Shown piece after piece: positions 18,476-29,335 of a stretch of DNA of 64,000 bases. The DNA is from Escherichia phage ECP_WGS_SA1. Position 1 is the stretch's first letter. Every line of letters begins with the position of its first letter. The stretch is taken from the sequence record PQ604604; one strand, given 5' to 3'. The position numbers were made by a program, and so were the translations under genes. A model generated the notes under the pieces. The model was given only the letters and a program-made list of their open reading frames with translations, searched no databases and was not told the DNA's origin.

Positions 18476-19615
18476 ATGACTCGCATTAGCCAAACACACT
18501 CTCGCCTCCCAGCGAGCAAGGTGCGCCCTTTTGATATGCAATCCGTGACCGACGCGGCTGTTTCCCAGCTTGCGCGTATCGGTATTGTGTTTGATTCCGC
18601 GATTGTGCGTGATCAGATTGAGCACTTAAACCGTGCAGGCGCTTTCCGCGTAGGTGACGCCGCATTTACTGCGCCGCAAACCACGCCATCAATCCCGACC
18701 CCGCTGCAGTTCCTGCAACAGTGGCTGCCTGGCTTCGTCAAAATCATGACCGCTGCCCGTAAAATTGACGAGCTGGTTGGTATTGACACCGTTGGTCAGT
18801 GGGAAGATGCAGAAATCGTTCAGGGCATCGTTGAACCAGCTGGCACCGCAGTTGAATATGGTGATTTCACCTCTATTCCTCTGGCAAGCTGGAACGTGAA
18901 CTTTGAACGCCGTTCCATCGTTCGCGGTGAAATGGGCATGGCAGTCGGCATGCTGGAAGAAGGCCGCGCGTCTGCGATGCGTCTGAACTCTGCAGAGACC
19001 AAGCGCCAGCAGGCTGCTGTATCTCTGGAAATCATGCGTAACGCAATCGGCTTCTATGGTTGGTATAACGGGAACAACCGCACGTTCGGCTTCCTGAATG
19101 ATCCAAACCTGCCAGCGGCAATGACTTCAAACACCACTTCCGGCTGGGCTACTGCGACCTTCCAACAGGTGACTGCAGACATCCGTTTGATGGTTCGTCA
19201 AATCCGTGTCAACTCTCAGGACCAGATTGATCCAGAGAAGGTTGATATGACTCTGGCGCTGCCGACCAACTCTATTGATTGGCTGTCAAACACCACCGAC
19301 TTCGGTATTTCTGTACGTGACTGGATCACCCAGACTTATCCGAAGATGAAGATCAAATCTGCACCGGAACTCAACGGCGCACTTGGCAGTGACCCGACTT
19401 TCCTGAACGTGGCATATCTGTACGCTGATCACATCGATTCCTCAATTGATGGCTCAAGCGATGATGGTTCCGTATTCAGTCAGCTGGTCCAGACTAAGTT
19501 TATGACTCTGGGCGTTGAGAAACGCGCTAAGAGCTACGTTGAAGACTACGCAAACGCAACAGCAGGCGTTCTGCTCAAGCGTCCTTTCGCAGTCGTCCGT
19601 ATGACTGGTATCTAA
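18476..19615 (+). CDS. Putative major capsid protein
   Basis: Size (379 aa) and position after scaffold-like gene. Confidence 0.55.
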   Translation: MTRISQTHSRLPASKVRPFDMQSVTDAAVSQLARIGIVFDSAIVRDQIEHLNRAGAFRVGDAAFTAPQTTPSIPTPLQFLQQWLPGFVKIMTAARKIDELVGIDTVGQWEDAEIVQGIVEPAGTAVEYGDFTSIPLASWNVNFERRSIVRGEMGMAVGMLEEGRASAMRLNSAETKRQQAAVSLEIMRNAIGFYGWYNGNNRTFGFLNDPNLPAAMTSNTTSGWATATFQQVTADIRLMVRQIRVNSQDQIDPEKVDMTLALPTNSIDWLSNTTDFGISVRDWITQTYPKMKIKSAPELNGALGSDPTFLNVAYLYADHIDSSIDGSSDDGSVFSQLVQTKFMTLGVEKRAKSYVEDYANATAGVLLKRPFAVVRMTGI

Positions 19616-19730
19616 TTGCTGTGATTACACAGTAAAACACATGGGGCGTGGTCGAAAGGCTTCGCCCCATATCAATAGACCTCAAGGGCTGTAGGGGCTT
19701 ATCTGAGGCTTATATAAATAGGACTACAAA

Positions 19731-20195
19731 ATGCCAAAATACATCGTTTCAACTATGTCTATGTCAGTCAACTACACTTTCTATACGGAAGTGAAAGAAA
19801 ACCCGAATGCAAAAGCTGGTTCAGGCGCTCTTCCAAATATTCGCAAACAGATTCTGATCAAGGGCGGTGCTGGTCTTACTTCGGCAACTTCCGGCTTTGG
19901 TGAAATGGCAAAAGGCGCTGATGGTGCACCTTTGTGGACTCCTGAAGGAATCGTCACCGTTGTAAGCGATGCTGATTTTGAACATTTAAAAGATCATCAC
20001 GTATTCAAGCAGCACCTTGAAAAAGGTCTGGTTAAAGTGGTTAACCACGACATCGTTGGCAATCATAAAGCTGTCGCTAAAGAAGTGCGCGGCATGTCAG
20101 ATGACCCGTTCGCACCTATGACGCGTGAGACGGCTGACAAGCGCATCAAGGTTAAATTGAGCGGCGAACAAGAAGATGATTTGTTCCGCGTTTAA
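19731..20195 (+). CDS. Hypothetical virion protein, 154 aa
   Basis: ORF in head-to-tail joining region. Confidence 0.4.
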   Translation: MPKYIVSTMSMSVNYTFYTEVKENPNAKAGSGALPNIRKQILIKGGAGLTSATSGFGEMAKGADGAPLWTPEGIVTVVSDADFEHLKDHHVFKQHLEKGLVKVVNHDIVGNHKAVAKEVRGMSDDPFAPMTRETADKRIKVKLSGEQEDDLFRV

Positions 20196-20200
20196 ATAAG

Positions 20201-20665
20201 GTGAATGCCATGTCATTAGATTACGAAAAGTTCAGAATAAAATTTCCACAGTTTGCTGATCAGGTAAAATTCCCTGACACAACGCTTCAAGTATTCTATG
20301 ACATGGCATGTGAATTTATTGAATCACAAGACAGTCCTTGTCGTGTTTTAAATGGCAGTAAATTGGAGCTGGCATTGGAATATATGACGGCTCATCTTTT
20401 ATGCATAGCCACAGACCAACAGGTGTCTGTGTCTTCTGGTGACGGAGTTGAACAAGGCGGCTTCGTGACTGGTGCAACAATCGGTGACATCACCGTGAAT
20501 AAGGTAGCGCCGCCTGCAAGTGATGGTTGGGAATACTGGCTTTCAAGCACTCCTTATGGCATGGCGCTTTGGGCGCTTCTGCAAGCACTGGCTGTCGGCG
20601 GCTTGTCGTTTGGCGGTCTTCCAGAGCGCGAAGGATTTCGTAAAATTGGTGGGGTATTCTGGTGA
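20201..20665 (+). CDS. Hypothetical head-tail connector-region protein, 154 aa
   Basis: ORF with AAGGTG RBS. Confidence 0.4.
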   Translation: MNAMSLDYEKFRIKFPQFADQVKFPDTTLQVFYDMACEFIESQDSPCRVLNGSKLELALEYMTAHLLCIATDQQVSVSSGDGVEQGGFVTGATIGDITVNKVAPPASDGWEYWLSSTPYGMALWALLQALAVGGLSFGGLPEREGFRKIGGVFW

Positions 20666-21021
20666 GGATTCCTGGCGTAAACTTATATCGAGTTGCGACA
20701 AAGGTCATCGGTCGCCAACCGATTCAATATTACATGTACAAGGGGCGCACTCTTGATAAAATGCGCAACTACGTTACCACTTATGAAGAACCAATCACGC
20801 TACTTGCTTCGGTGCAGGCTGTTCTTCGAAATCAATACGTCGAGCTTGGATTGGAGCTTCAAAAGAACTATGTCAAAATCTGGGTAGACAAAGACATTGT
20901 TGACCTTGACCGCGACGCTTCCGGCGACTATTTGTGTTTGGTGGGAAAACGTATAAAATGGAAGATGAAACGACATGGTTTGACCAAGATGGTTGGACGA
21001 CTTGCCTTGCCGTGGAAATAA
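20662..21021 (+). CDS. Hypothetical protein, 119 aa
   Basis: ORF overlapping the previous stop. Confidence 0.4.
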   Translation: MRIPGVNLYRVATKVIGRQPIQYYMYKGRTLDKMRNYVTTYEEPITLLASVQAVLRNQYVELGLELQKNYVKIWVDKDIVDLDRDASGDYLCLVGKRIKWKMKRHGLTKMVGRLALPWK

Positions 21022-21239
21022 AACAAAGCTTTCCAGTGTCTACTTGAGGTGTATATGACAGATGTCGACCTGATTGNACATGCTGGCAACGCGAATTGAA
21101 GAAGGTCTGGCGGCGTATAGTCGTGCAGACCTTTCTGCTGTTCCGGTCCAGAAAAAGTATCAACCGACTCAACAGGGTATTCCGACTGGTGACCAAATTT
21201 GGTTTAACCTTTTATTCTCAGTTCCGTTTTGGATGGTCC

Positions 21240-21632
21240 ATGAGGAAAAGTGAATTTGTCAATGATGAGTCTCAATTTGTAAACGGAAAATTCAAAGATA
21301 TTGAAGATCAAATATACGCTACACGTTTTCAAATCAGCGGCTTATTTCCAGAAGTTCCTGGCAATCCAGAAAAGCCTACTGCTAATGACGTATTGACTTA
21401 TTTGGCAAGATTCATAACTCATAAAGCGAATTTGAGGGATTGGTTCAAAAAGCATCAGGCATCAGTATATCGAATCGACATGAATAATAATGAAAAGTTT
21501 TATGATGACATGTCGCAATTTGAATCATTCCCTTCTTTTGATTTGGTAATACTTCACAGAAACGCAATTTCAATTGATACTCCTGCTGTTGCAAGAGCTG
21601 TTAATAATGATTTGGGTGATATTCCGGTGTAA
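21240..21632 (+). CDS. Hypothetical protein; start uncertain (ambiguous base at 21077 upstream)
   Basis: ORF 21096..21632, internal Met chosen. Confidence 0.3.
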   Translation: MRKSEFVNDESQFVNGKFKDIEDQIYATRFQISGLFPEVPGNPEKPTANDVLTYLARFITHKANLRDWFKKHQASVYRIDMNNNEKFYDDMSQFESFPSFDLVILHRNAISIDTPAVARAVNNDLGDIPV

Positions 21633-21633
21633 T

Positions 21634-22082
21634 ATGACAAAATCAAAAATGATAGAAAAACAGATTAAGGCGCTTCAGTCTATGAAGGGTCTTACTGTTG
21701 AGGCAGGATGGTTTGATTCTACCAGATACCCTTCAGAAACTGGTGGAGAAGGAAATACTGGTGTCAGAAGTCGCGCGGCTTAACGAGTTTGGTCACATAG
21801 CCGTTTTGAANCTTTGGACAAGGACCAGTCAGGGTAGAAGTGCCACCCAGACCATTCATGAGATATGCCTATGAATTATTCGTTAGTGAGCGCAGTGAAA
21901 TAGAGAATAAAATTGCTAAAAAGATTTTTTCCGGTAAAATAGACGCTAGACAGGCATTGGGTCAAATTGGGCTTGCGATGGAAGCAAAGATTGTCGAATC
22001 AATTAAAAACGGACCGTGGCAACCAAATGCCAGATATACTGTACGTGTGAAGGGGATTCGACAAGCCTTTGATTCACACTAG
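21634..22082 (+). pseudogene. Neck / virion morphogenesis gene (HK97 gp10-like motifs VARLNEFG and PPRPF) split across three reading frames
   Basis: Motif pieces lie in different frames around the ambiguous base at 21811; either sequencing error or a real frameshift. Confidence 0.4.
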
Positions 22083-22134
22083 CCTCATGTGGCAATCTGT
22101 CAGCAGCCAAGTCATTAAATAAGAGGACACCGAC

Positions 22135-23673
22135 GTGATCAGTCAATCTCGTTATATTAAAATTGTATCAGGGGTCGGAGCAGGCGCGGCTGTTGCAGTT
22201 CGCAAACTGTCGCTTCGCGTCATGACTTCTAATACAGTTCTGCCGCCGGGCATTGTAGCAGAATTTTCAACGGCTGATGCTGTTGGATCATATTTCGGTT
22301 ATTCTTCCGAAGAATATAAGCGCGCAGCATTATATTTTGGATTCATCAGCAAGCAAATTAACTCGCCTGATTCAATCAGCTTCTCGCGTATTGTTTCAAC
22401 TGCGATTCCAGCAATGGTCATCGGTGATGCTGAGCCTAAAGTGCTTGCTACGTTTCAAGCATTCACTGGCGCTATTTTAAGCATCACTTATGATGGCACA
22501 GACTACCTGACTGACGCAATTAACCTTTCAGCGGCAACAAGTCTGGCGAATGTGGCTGAACTTCTGGAAACGGCAATCAATACTAAATTTGCAGCAGAAG
22601 GGGGCACGTCGGTGCCTGCACTTGCTGATGCAGAAGTGTATTGGAACGCTAATACTCAGCAGTTCACGCTGGAAGCAGCGCCGTCGACCGCTGGCGCAGG
22701 CAATCTGTCTATCAACGTCACAGGCCAACCGACCGACCCGTCTCAAGCATTAGGTTGGACCACCACTGGCACCGTAACCGTTGCAGGCCAGGGCGTTTCA
22801 AGTCCGGTAGAAGCCATCGCGGCATCTGTGGAAATCTCCAACAACTTTGGCTCATTCCTTTTTGCTGGGGCTGACCGAACTCTGGAAGAAATTACCGCTG
22901 TGGCAGCGTGGACTCATTCGCAGAATAATATGTACATGTATTTATTCTCGACTTCGTTCGCTAATATCGGGTCATACTACACCTCTCTGAAAGGGTACTC
23001 AGGCGTTGGCATGATGATTCGCGCAACTAACCTTGCAAACGATTACATCGACCAAGCACCTGCTGAAATCCTCGCGGCGACAAACTATAATACTGTGAAT
23101 GCGACTCAAAACTACATGTATTATCAGTTTGATACTCGCAACGTGACTGTTTCAACTGACTCTCGTGCAGACACTGCTGATCAAAACCGTGCTAACTACA
23201 TCGGTGCAACTCAGCAGGCCGGACAAACCTTGGCATTCTTCCAGCGCGGCGTATTGATGGGCGGGTCTACCGCAGCAGTTGACATGAATACTTATGCCAA
23301 CGAGATGTGGCTTAAATCTGCTATCACTTCTCAGCTGTTCAGCATGTTCTTGAATCTTGGTCGCGTGCCTGCAAACGAAGAAGGTAAAGCGACTGTACAA
23401 GCCATGATTCAAGTTGCTGTTGACAATGCGAAGGTTAACGGCACCATCTCTGTTGGCAAGGCGCTGACTGAGATTCAGAAACAATACATCACGCAAACTT
23501 CCGGTGACAACACTGCTTGGCGGCAGGTTGAAACTATCGGTTACTGGCTGACTGTAGATTTTGATACTGAAACCACTTCCGATGGGCGCACCGAATACTA
23601 TGCAACATACACGCTAATCTACTCTAAAGATGATGCTGTGCGTCGCGTTGAAGGTCGTGACGTCCTTATCTAA
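22135..23673 (+). CDS. Putative tail sheath protein
   Basis: 512-aa ORF (GTG start with AAGAGG RBS) immediately upstream of tube-like genes. Confidence 0.55.
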   Translation: MISQSRYIKIVSGVGAGAAVAVRKLSLRVMTSNTVLPPGIVAEFSTADAVGSYFGYSSEEYKRAALYFGFISKQINSPDSISFSRIVSTAIPAMVIGDAEPKVLATFQAFTGAILSITYDGTDYLTDAINLSAATSLANVAELLETAINTKFAAEGGTSVPALADAEVYWNANTQQFTLEAAPSTAGAGNLSINVTGQPTDPSQALGWTTTGTVTVAGQGVSSPVEAIAASVEISNNFGSFLFAGADRTLEEITAVAAWTHSQNNMYMYLFSTSFANIGSYYTSLKGYSGVGMMIRATNLANDYIDQAPAEILAATNYNTVNATQNYMYYQFDTRNVTVSTDSRADTADQNRANYIGATQQAGQTLAFFQRGVLMGGSTAAVDMNTYANEMWLKSAITSQLFSMFLNLGRVPANEEGKATVQAMIQVAVDNAKVNGTISVGKALTEIQKQYITQTSGDNTAWRQVETIGYWLTVDFDTETTSDGRTEYYATYTLIYSKDDAVRRVEGRDVLI

Positions 23674-23720
23674 ATAATTGCCGCCGTAACTGGCGGCCAT
23701 CTCTCTGAGAGGAATCTGTA

Positions 23721-24188
23721 ATGATTAACGTTTCCGGTTTTGGCGCTTCGATTCGTTTAGTGGCATCAAACACTTTTCCAAATGGTGTAACTCTTTCTGA
23801 TTTCGCAGATGATGCTGATCCGATTGACGCGCCTGATCTTCAAATCTCTGAAGCGGCAATGGGATTGAACGGTGACTTGGTAGTCTGGAACCGTGCCAAC
23901 CCTCTTGAAGTAGGCGTCAACATCATCCCTACTTCTGAAAGCGATGTAAACTTAGATGTTCTGGCAGCGGCTAACCGTGTAGGCAAGCGCAAGAACTCTG
24001 CGAAAGACGTGATCACCCTTATTCTGACCTACCCTTCTGGCATGGTCATCACACTGAACAAGGGAACTTTGACGACTGGTTCAGTGATTCCTGGCATCCA
24101 GTCTCAGGGTCGTGTAAAAACACGTCAATATCGCTTTAAGTTTGAGAACGTAGTCAAAACTGGCGTGAGCAACCAAGAGATTTTATAA
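23721..24188 (+). CDS. Putative tail tube protein, paralog 1
   Basis: 155 aa; N-terminus MINVSGFGASIRLVA parallels that of 25139..25636. Confidence 0.5.
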   Translation: MINVSGFGASIRLVASNTFPNGVTLSDFADDADPIDAPDLQISEAAMGLNGDLVVWNRANPLEVGVNIIPTSESDVNLDVLAAANRVGKRKNSAKDVITLILTYPSGMVITLNKGTLTTGSVIPGIQSQGRVKTRQYRFKFENVVKTGVSNQEIL

Positions 24189-24517
24189 TGTATCAAATAC
24201 CACTTGACAGCGTACCTAACCAGAATATCAGCTTTAACGTTGACGGTGCTTATTGGCAGCTGCACATATTCGCCGCAATTGAGCACATGTGCGCAGATGT
24301 TTACCGCAATGGCGAATTGTTGATTCAGGGGGTACGTTGTTTTGGTGGTATACCAATGGTGCCTTATAAATATCTCATGATTGGGTACGGCAACTTTATT
24401 TTTGACAGCGTACCCGATTATGAGCATTTTAACTCTGGCGGCTGTAATTTATATTACATGTCAGAATCTGAGTTGGCTGAATTCCAGAAAACTGCTGAAG
24501 CGGAGTTTGCAATTTGA
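24188..24517 (+). CDS. Hypothetical protein, 109 aa
   Basis: ORF. Confidence 0.4.
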   Translation: MYQIPLDSVPNQNISFNVDGAYWQLHIFAAIEHMCADVYRNGELLIQGVRCFGGIPMVPYKYLMIGYGNFIFDSVPDYEHFNSGGCNLYYMSESELAEFQKTAEAEFAI

Positions 24518-24870
24518 CAACTCTAACGATTGAAGTTAATGATAACAATGACCTGTTTCTGCCTGATGGAAGAAATTTGAATATTCTGTCAGGAGAAAAG
24601 GCCATGGTACAAGTTATCAAGGCGGCGCATCAAATGCGACTTGGTGAAGACTTGTACGATGTTGAAAACGGAGTCGATTATTTAGGCACTGTTTTCAAAT
24701 CGCCCGTTGATGAAGACGGTGCGAGAAAGTCGATTGCAGATGCTATTCTGAAGAAAGCAGACGTTGCCGGAATCGACTCATTGACTGTCACCATCCAAAA
24801 CGGTATTCTTGGATTCACCGCTGAAGTGGTGACTATTTATGGCGAACGTATAAAGGTGAGTAATCAATAA
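24514..24870 (+). CDS. Hypothetical protein, 118 aa
   Basis: ORF overlapping the previous stop. Confidence 0.4.
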   Translation: MTTLTIEVNDNNDLFLPDGRNLNILSGEKAMVQVIKAAHQMRLGEDLYDVENGVDYLGTVFKSPVDEDGARKSIADAILKKADVAGIDSLTVTIQNGILGFTAEVVTIYGERIKVSNQ

Positions 24871-25136
24871 TGGCACAAGTAATTCATTTTGCTAATGGCG
24901 TCATGAAATTTGGCGAAAAATTTGAAGACGCATCGGAATTATTCAAAAAGACTTCAAACCCTGTTGCGGAGAAGAAAGAACAGGTTGAAGAGAAGGCAGT
25001 AGAATCGAAAGTTGATTTTGATTCAATGAGCGTCTCTGAATTGAAGGCTTATGCAAAGGAACATGAGATTGACATCAAAGGTCTTTCTTATAAGGATGAG
25101 ATTCTTGCGGCAGTTAAATCTGCATCTGCGGAGTAA
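24870..25136 (+). CDS. Hypothetical acidic protein, 88 aa
   Basis: ORF. Confidence 0.4.
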   Translation: MAQVIHFANGVMKFGEKFEDASELFKKTSNPVAEKKEQVEEKAVESKVDFDSMSVSELKAYAKEHEIDIKGLSYKDEILAAVKSASAE

Positions 25137-25138
25137 AC

Positions 25139-25636
25139 ATGGTCAATATTAGTGGATTTGGCACAAGCATTAGAATTGTCGCTCTCCAATCTTTCCCTGT
25201 TGGGCTGAATATCAGTTCTTTGTCTGATGACCAGGATTCGCTAATTATTGAGGAAGTTGAATCAGTAGGCTATCAACTTACTTATGACGGCGGCATTTGT
25301 ATTTATGATAAGGCCGCCGTCGTTCGCGTATCCATTGCAGTGATCCCAAACACTGAAGACGACATAAACCTAAAGCTTTTGCTTTCCGCTCGTAAAGGCG
25401 GATTCAAGTGGCTTCCTATACAGGATGTCACGTCAATGCTTATTACATATCCTGATGGCGGCAGAGTAGCATTTTCGAACGGGACCATAATCAGCGGTCC
25501 GCTTGGCGACTCCATTGAGCAATCCGGTCGCCGTAAGACAAACAGATACACATTCGTGTTTGCCAGCTACGGCGGCGCACAGAGCACATCGCAAATTGCA
25601 AAAGGCGTGGTGCAGAGCATATTGGGGTCAATTTGA
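25139..25636 (+). CDS. Putative tail tube protein, paralog 2
   Basis: 165 aa; MVNISGFGTSIRIVA and later segments align with the 23721 product. Confidence 0.5.
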   Translation: MVNISGFGTSIRIVALQSFPVGLNISSLSDDQDSLIIEEVESVGYQLTYDGGICIYDKAAVVRVSIAVIPNTEDDINLKLLLSARKGGFKWLPIQDVTSMLITYPDGGRVAFSNGTIISGPLGDSIEQSGRRKTNRYTFVFASYGGAQSTSQIAKGVVQSILGSI

Positions 25637-26169
25637 TGGCTATCGATTTATTGTCATATAGTCTTTCCAACAGAAGCTTCACAATAAGAAGCTTTAACCT
25701 TGGGGAAGTGTCAACGCTTGGTTGGGCGATTGTTAACGTTAAAATAAGACTCCAAGCAAAGATATTCAAGAACCAAAGGGAAGATGGAAGCTATATTGTC
25801 GATGGCAGAGTCAAAATGCCTAGAATATTGACTGTGACTGTAATAGCGCAGACAAAAAGCGCGTCCGACGCAATCGCAAAGATGTTGCAGAACAGGTCCA
25901 CGATATACACAATAAATTCTCGTGGGCTAATATTTGAACGTATGGTGCTGCAAAATAACAATTTCAGCCAAGATGCTGACAATATAACTTCACAACCCAT
26001 ACAACTGGTCTTCCATGAGATATTAACACAGCAGGATGTGTCTATTCAAACAGCGCAAGCAGCCGACTCCACTGTCATTGAGCGCGGCATCGCTTATATA
26101 AAAGAGACTACTGCCAGCGTCACTGGCGTTGCAACAAAGGTGATGAATGGCATCAAGGGGATGTTCTGA
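25633..26169 (+). CDS. Hypothetical tail protein, 178 aa
   Basis: ORF. Confidence 0.4.
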   Translation: MMAIDLLSYSLSNRSFTIRSFNLGEVSTLGWAIVNVKIRLQAKIFKNQREDGSYIVDGRVKMPRILTVTVIAQTKSASDAIAKMLQNRSTIYTINSRGLIFERMVLQNNNFSQDADNITSQPIQLVFHEILTQQDVSIQTAQAADSTVIERGIAYIKETTASVTGVATKVMNGIKGMF

Positions 26170-26729
26170 TGGACTTTGTTTCGATTCTGCTTTCTGGTCA
26201 ATCTCTGACCATAACGAATGAGTCGACAGGGCTTCCTGTCTGGACAAGGCTTTCTCCAGTGTCTGCAGAAATAACATCACCAGCAGAAACTACTCAATTT
26301 CCCCTTGCTGGAACGGCGATGCAGGTGGTGGAAGTATCAAGCACATCCTCAGTAAGCAATTTACAGGCGGCAAAAGTAATAATGCCAGCGCACATGGCGC
26401 TAAACGTAATTTGCAACGACCAATCGACTATTGAAAACATAATTAATACATTCGACAATGATGAAGTCACATTTTCGATAACTTCTCGAAGCATAATTGC
26501 AAGCAAAATGTCGATGTCTGATGTCGAAATAACTCAGTCAGAAGAAAACCTGAATGGAGTCTCAATTGTAATAACATTTGAACAGACGTCATTTAGTATT
26601 CAAGGAAGCTTTGACCCTAAACAGTCCGCAGATGAATCGTCAAATGGCGTGGCTATTAAAGAGCCAGTCAGTTTGACTACAACTGTGAGTTCGTTATATA
26701 ATAAAATAAAATCAACAGTAGGAATATAA
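26169..26729 (+). CDS. Hypothetical tail protein, 186 aa
   Basis: ORF. Confidence 0.4.
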   Translation: MDFVSILLSGQSLTITNESTGLPVWTRLSPVSAEITSPAETTQFPLAGTAMQVVEVSSTSSVSNLQAAKVIMPAHMALNVICNDQSTIENIINTFDNDEVTFSITSRSIIASKMSMSDVEITQSEENLNGVSIVITFEQTSFSIQGSFDPKQSADESSNGVAIKEPVSLTTTVSSLYNKIKSTVGI

Positions 26730-26730
26730 A

Positions 26731-27147
26731 ATGAAGATCACCAATAAACAAACTGGTCGCAAAGTAGAAATTAAAATCAGCAAAATGACTGCGATGGAAG
26801 GTTGGAACATACAGCGCCGATTCATCGAATTTGCGATGTCAAAAGACCCTGCCTTTCGTTCAGAATACACAATGGAAGTATTAAGCTTTGCGAAGGTTGA
26901 ACTTGATGTCGGGCAAGAAATTCCTCTGAGCACTGGCGCACTTATTGACAACCATCTTGGCGACTGGGAAAACTTGAAATTGGTTTTCGAAGCAGTATTG
27001 ATGGAAAACGGAATCAACCCAGAGACTCACGCTGAACGTGAAGGATACTGGGAGCAAGCTGGCGGCGAAATGGCTGCAGCATTTATTGGCGAATCGATGC
27101 GATTAATCGCGCCATTCCTCAGCGGCGAGACTCCAAACAAGGGGTAA
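26731..27147 (+). CDS. Putative tail assembly chaperone
   Basis: Position directly before the tape measure gene. Confidence 0.4.
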   Translation: MKITNKQTGRKVEIKISKMTAMEGWNIQRRFIEFAMSKDPAFRSEYTMEVLSFAKVELDVGQEIPLSTGALIDNHLGDWENLKLVFEAVLMENGINPETHAEREGYWEQAGGEMAAAFIGESMRLIAPFLSGETPNKG

Positions 27148-27150
27148 ACT

Positions 27151-29331
27151 GTGTCTGACTCATTAGAAAAATTTGTTCTTCAATATACGGTGGACTTGAA
27201 AGAGTCCATCAATCGTCTTGAGCAATTGCAAGATAAGGTTGATCAGACAAACAAAAAGGCAAAGTCCGCTGGTAAAGACTTCACCGGAGCATTCAAAGAT
27301 GTGTTTGGTGAGTTGAAGCCTCTCACAGCTGAACTGGGGTCTATTGACGGAATCCTTGCGCGGCTTACTTACCGCTTTGCCGCGCTCGTTCCTGTTGTCG
27401 CAGGATTGGCTGTCGTCGTCAAATCCATTGTTGATGTTCGAAAAGAATACGAAGCGCAAAGGAAGCTGGGATTTGAAGCAGGACTTTCACCAATTGGCGT
27501 GGAGCAATTACAGCGACAATTGAATGAGAGTTCAGGCGGAGTTCTTGGTGCGCAAGGGTCAAGGGATTTAATCAGCAAGGCTTCTAATCTCGCATTCAAC
27601 GCATACACCAACCCCGATGTGATGAACAAGGACAACTTGTTGCTGAACAAGATGGGGACCAGCCCTTTCAACAGTAACGGCGGCATAAAAGACACGAACC
27701 AGCTGCTTGATGAAATTGGCACAAAGCTGAGAAGTGTGAATGAGCAAACCGCTCGTGCTATTGGTGCTCTGGCAGGTTTTACCGCCGATGAAGTCCGTGC
27801 GCTTCGTGAGCGAAATCAATCAGTCAAAGAAAGCACCCGTATAAGCGACGAAGAAACCGCGAAGCTGCAAAGACAGCAGGCTGCGCTTGAAACGATACGA
27901 AACAGCATGGGGCAAATTCAAGAAGACTGGCGACGCATTGAACTGGTAATCGGTGAGAACGTGATGCCAGCATTCTCGACGCTTGTCAGTAAAACCGCCG
28001 ATACAGTCGAAGGATTCCAGATGATGTTCCAAAGAATGTCTGATGGATGGTCCGAATTTGTCGACAATTTCATTGCTGACTTGAAGCACCCGTTTGATAA
28101 ACAGGCGGCTGTTAACGAGCGCCACGAGCGCGCCGTTGATAGATGGATCACACAGATGGCAGACGGCGATGTGAAACGCCAGAGGAACCAGGAGCAAAAC
28201 GCGGCTGAACAACGTTCTGCGCAAGCACTTTTCACTCGCGACATCAACCTGTTTTCAAGTGCCGTTTCAACCTTTGCTGGAGTCATTGATGAGCGACAAG
28301 CATGGGCTGCATGGGCTGGTGAGATAGGACGAAGCGCAGGCCAATCCGCAATGCCTGGCACGCCAGCACTAAGCACTGGTGCGACCGTAGGCAACAACTT
28401 GGGGTCAGGAAATCCGACTGCATATGACTCAATCTATGAGGAAGCCTCCAAGCGTTATGGAATCCCTGTTGCGATGATGAAGGCCGTCACAGAAGTCGAA
28501 TCTGGATTCAACCCTAATGCCGTAAGCGGAGCAGGCGCGACCGGATTGATGCAAATAATGCCTTCCAACTTCAAGGGACTTGGTATCACAGACGGTAACG
28601 ACCCAAGACAAAACATTATGGGCGGCGCTCAACTTCTCAAGGAATATTTAACTGCTGCCAATGGCGATTGGAATCTTGCGCTGACTATGTATCACGGCGG
28701 ATATGACCGCAGCGGATGGGGGAAGAACACCCGTGCATACCCTGGCAAGGTAATGGCCGCTCTCGAACGACAGGCAAATGGAGAATACGCCACGGGAGCG
28801 CCGCAAGGTGCACCAGTTACTCCAGTGCTTAGCGGTAGCGGAGTAGAAGCGCCGAAAGGAAGCTATGCACCAGTACAAGGCCAATCCCGCCAAACGGTGC
28901 AATACAGACAGTTGCAAGAAGCCATTGCAGGATACCTAAACGTGCCAGTTGAGCAGTTGATGCAAGGGCAAGTTAACAAAGGCGATATTGACTTTGCTCA
29001 AACTTACCTTAAACTTGGAACGCAAAGGGATTATATTAAAAACATGCAGCTGGCTTCAACTCCAGGCGTAAGACCGAACATTCAGGCCGAAGCGATGAAG
29101 AATGCTCGTCTTGCCGCATTCCAGCTTGAGGCGTTCCAGAAATACGGCGGCGACCTCTCCGCGAATAGTCGACCTGGTGGGCGTGATATTACTATGGGTC
29201 AGAAAAACGTTGTCATCAACGTCAACGGCGCTCAAGACCCACGAAGCACGGCTATTGAGACTAAGCGCGTGCTTGAACAAGATGATATCAACGACATAAA
29301 CAACCTTACTGCTACACCTTTGAAGTGGTGA
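27151..29331 (+). CDS. Tail tape measure protein with a lytic transglycosylase (SLT) domain
   Basis: Coiled-coil-like N-terminal half; SLT motifs EVESGFNPNAVSGAGATGLMQIMP. Confidence 0.7.
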   Translation: MSDSLEKFVLQYTVDLKESINRLEQLQDKVDQTNKKAKSAGKDFTGAFKDVFGELKPLTAELGSIDGILARLTYRFAALVPVVAGLAVVVKSIVDVRKEYEAQRKLGFEAGLSPIGVEQLQRQLNESSGGVLGAQGSRDLISKASNLAFNAYTNPDVMNKDNLLLNKMGTSPFNSNGGIKDTNQLLDEIGTKLRSVNEQTARAIGALAGFTADEVRALRERNQSVKESTRISDEETAKLQRQQAALETIRNSMGQIQEDWRRIELVIGENVMPAFSTLVSKTADTVEGFQMMFQRMSDGWSEFVDNFIADLKHPFDKQAAVNERHERAVDRWITQMADGDVKRQRNQEQNAAEQRSAQALFTRDINLFSSAVSTFAGVIDERQAWAAWAGEIGRSAGQSAMPGTPALSTGATVGNNLGSGNPTAYDSIYEEASKRYGIPVAMMKAVTEVESGFNPNAVSGAGATGLMQIMPSNFKGLGITDGNDPRQNIMGGAQLLKEYLTAANGDWNLALTMYHGGYDRSGWGKNTRAYPGKVMAALERQANGEYATGAPQGAPVTPVLSGSGVEAPKGSYAPVQGQSRQTVQYRQLQEAIAGYLNVPVEQLMQGQVNKGDIDFAQTYLKLGTQRDYIKNMQLASTPGVRPNIQAEAMKNARLAAFQLEAFQKYGGDLSANSRPGGRDITMGQKNVVINVNGAQDPRSTAIETKRVLEQDDINDINNLTATPLKW

Positions 29332-29335
29332 TCAT

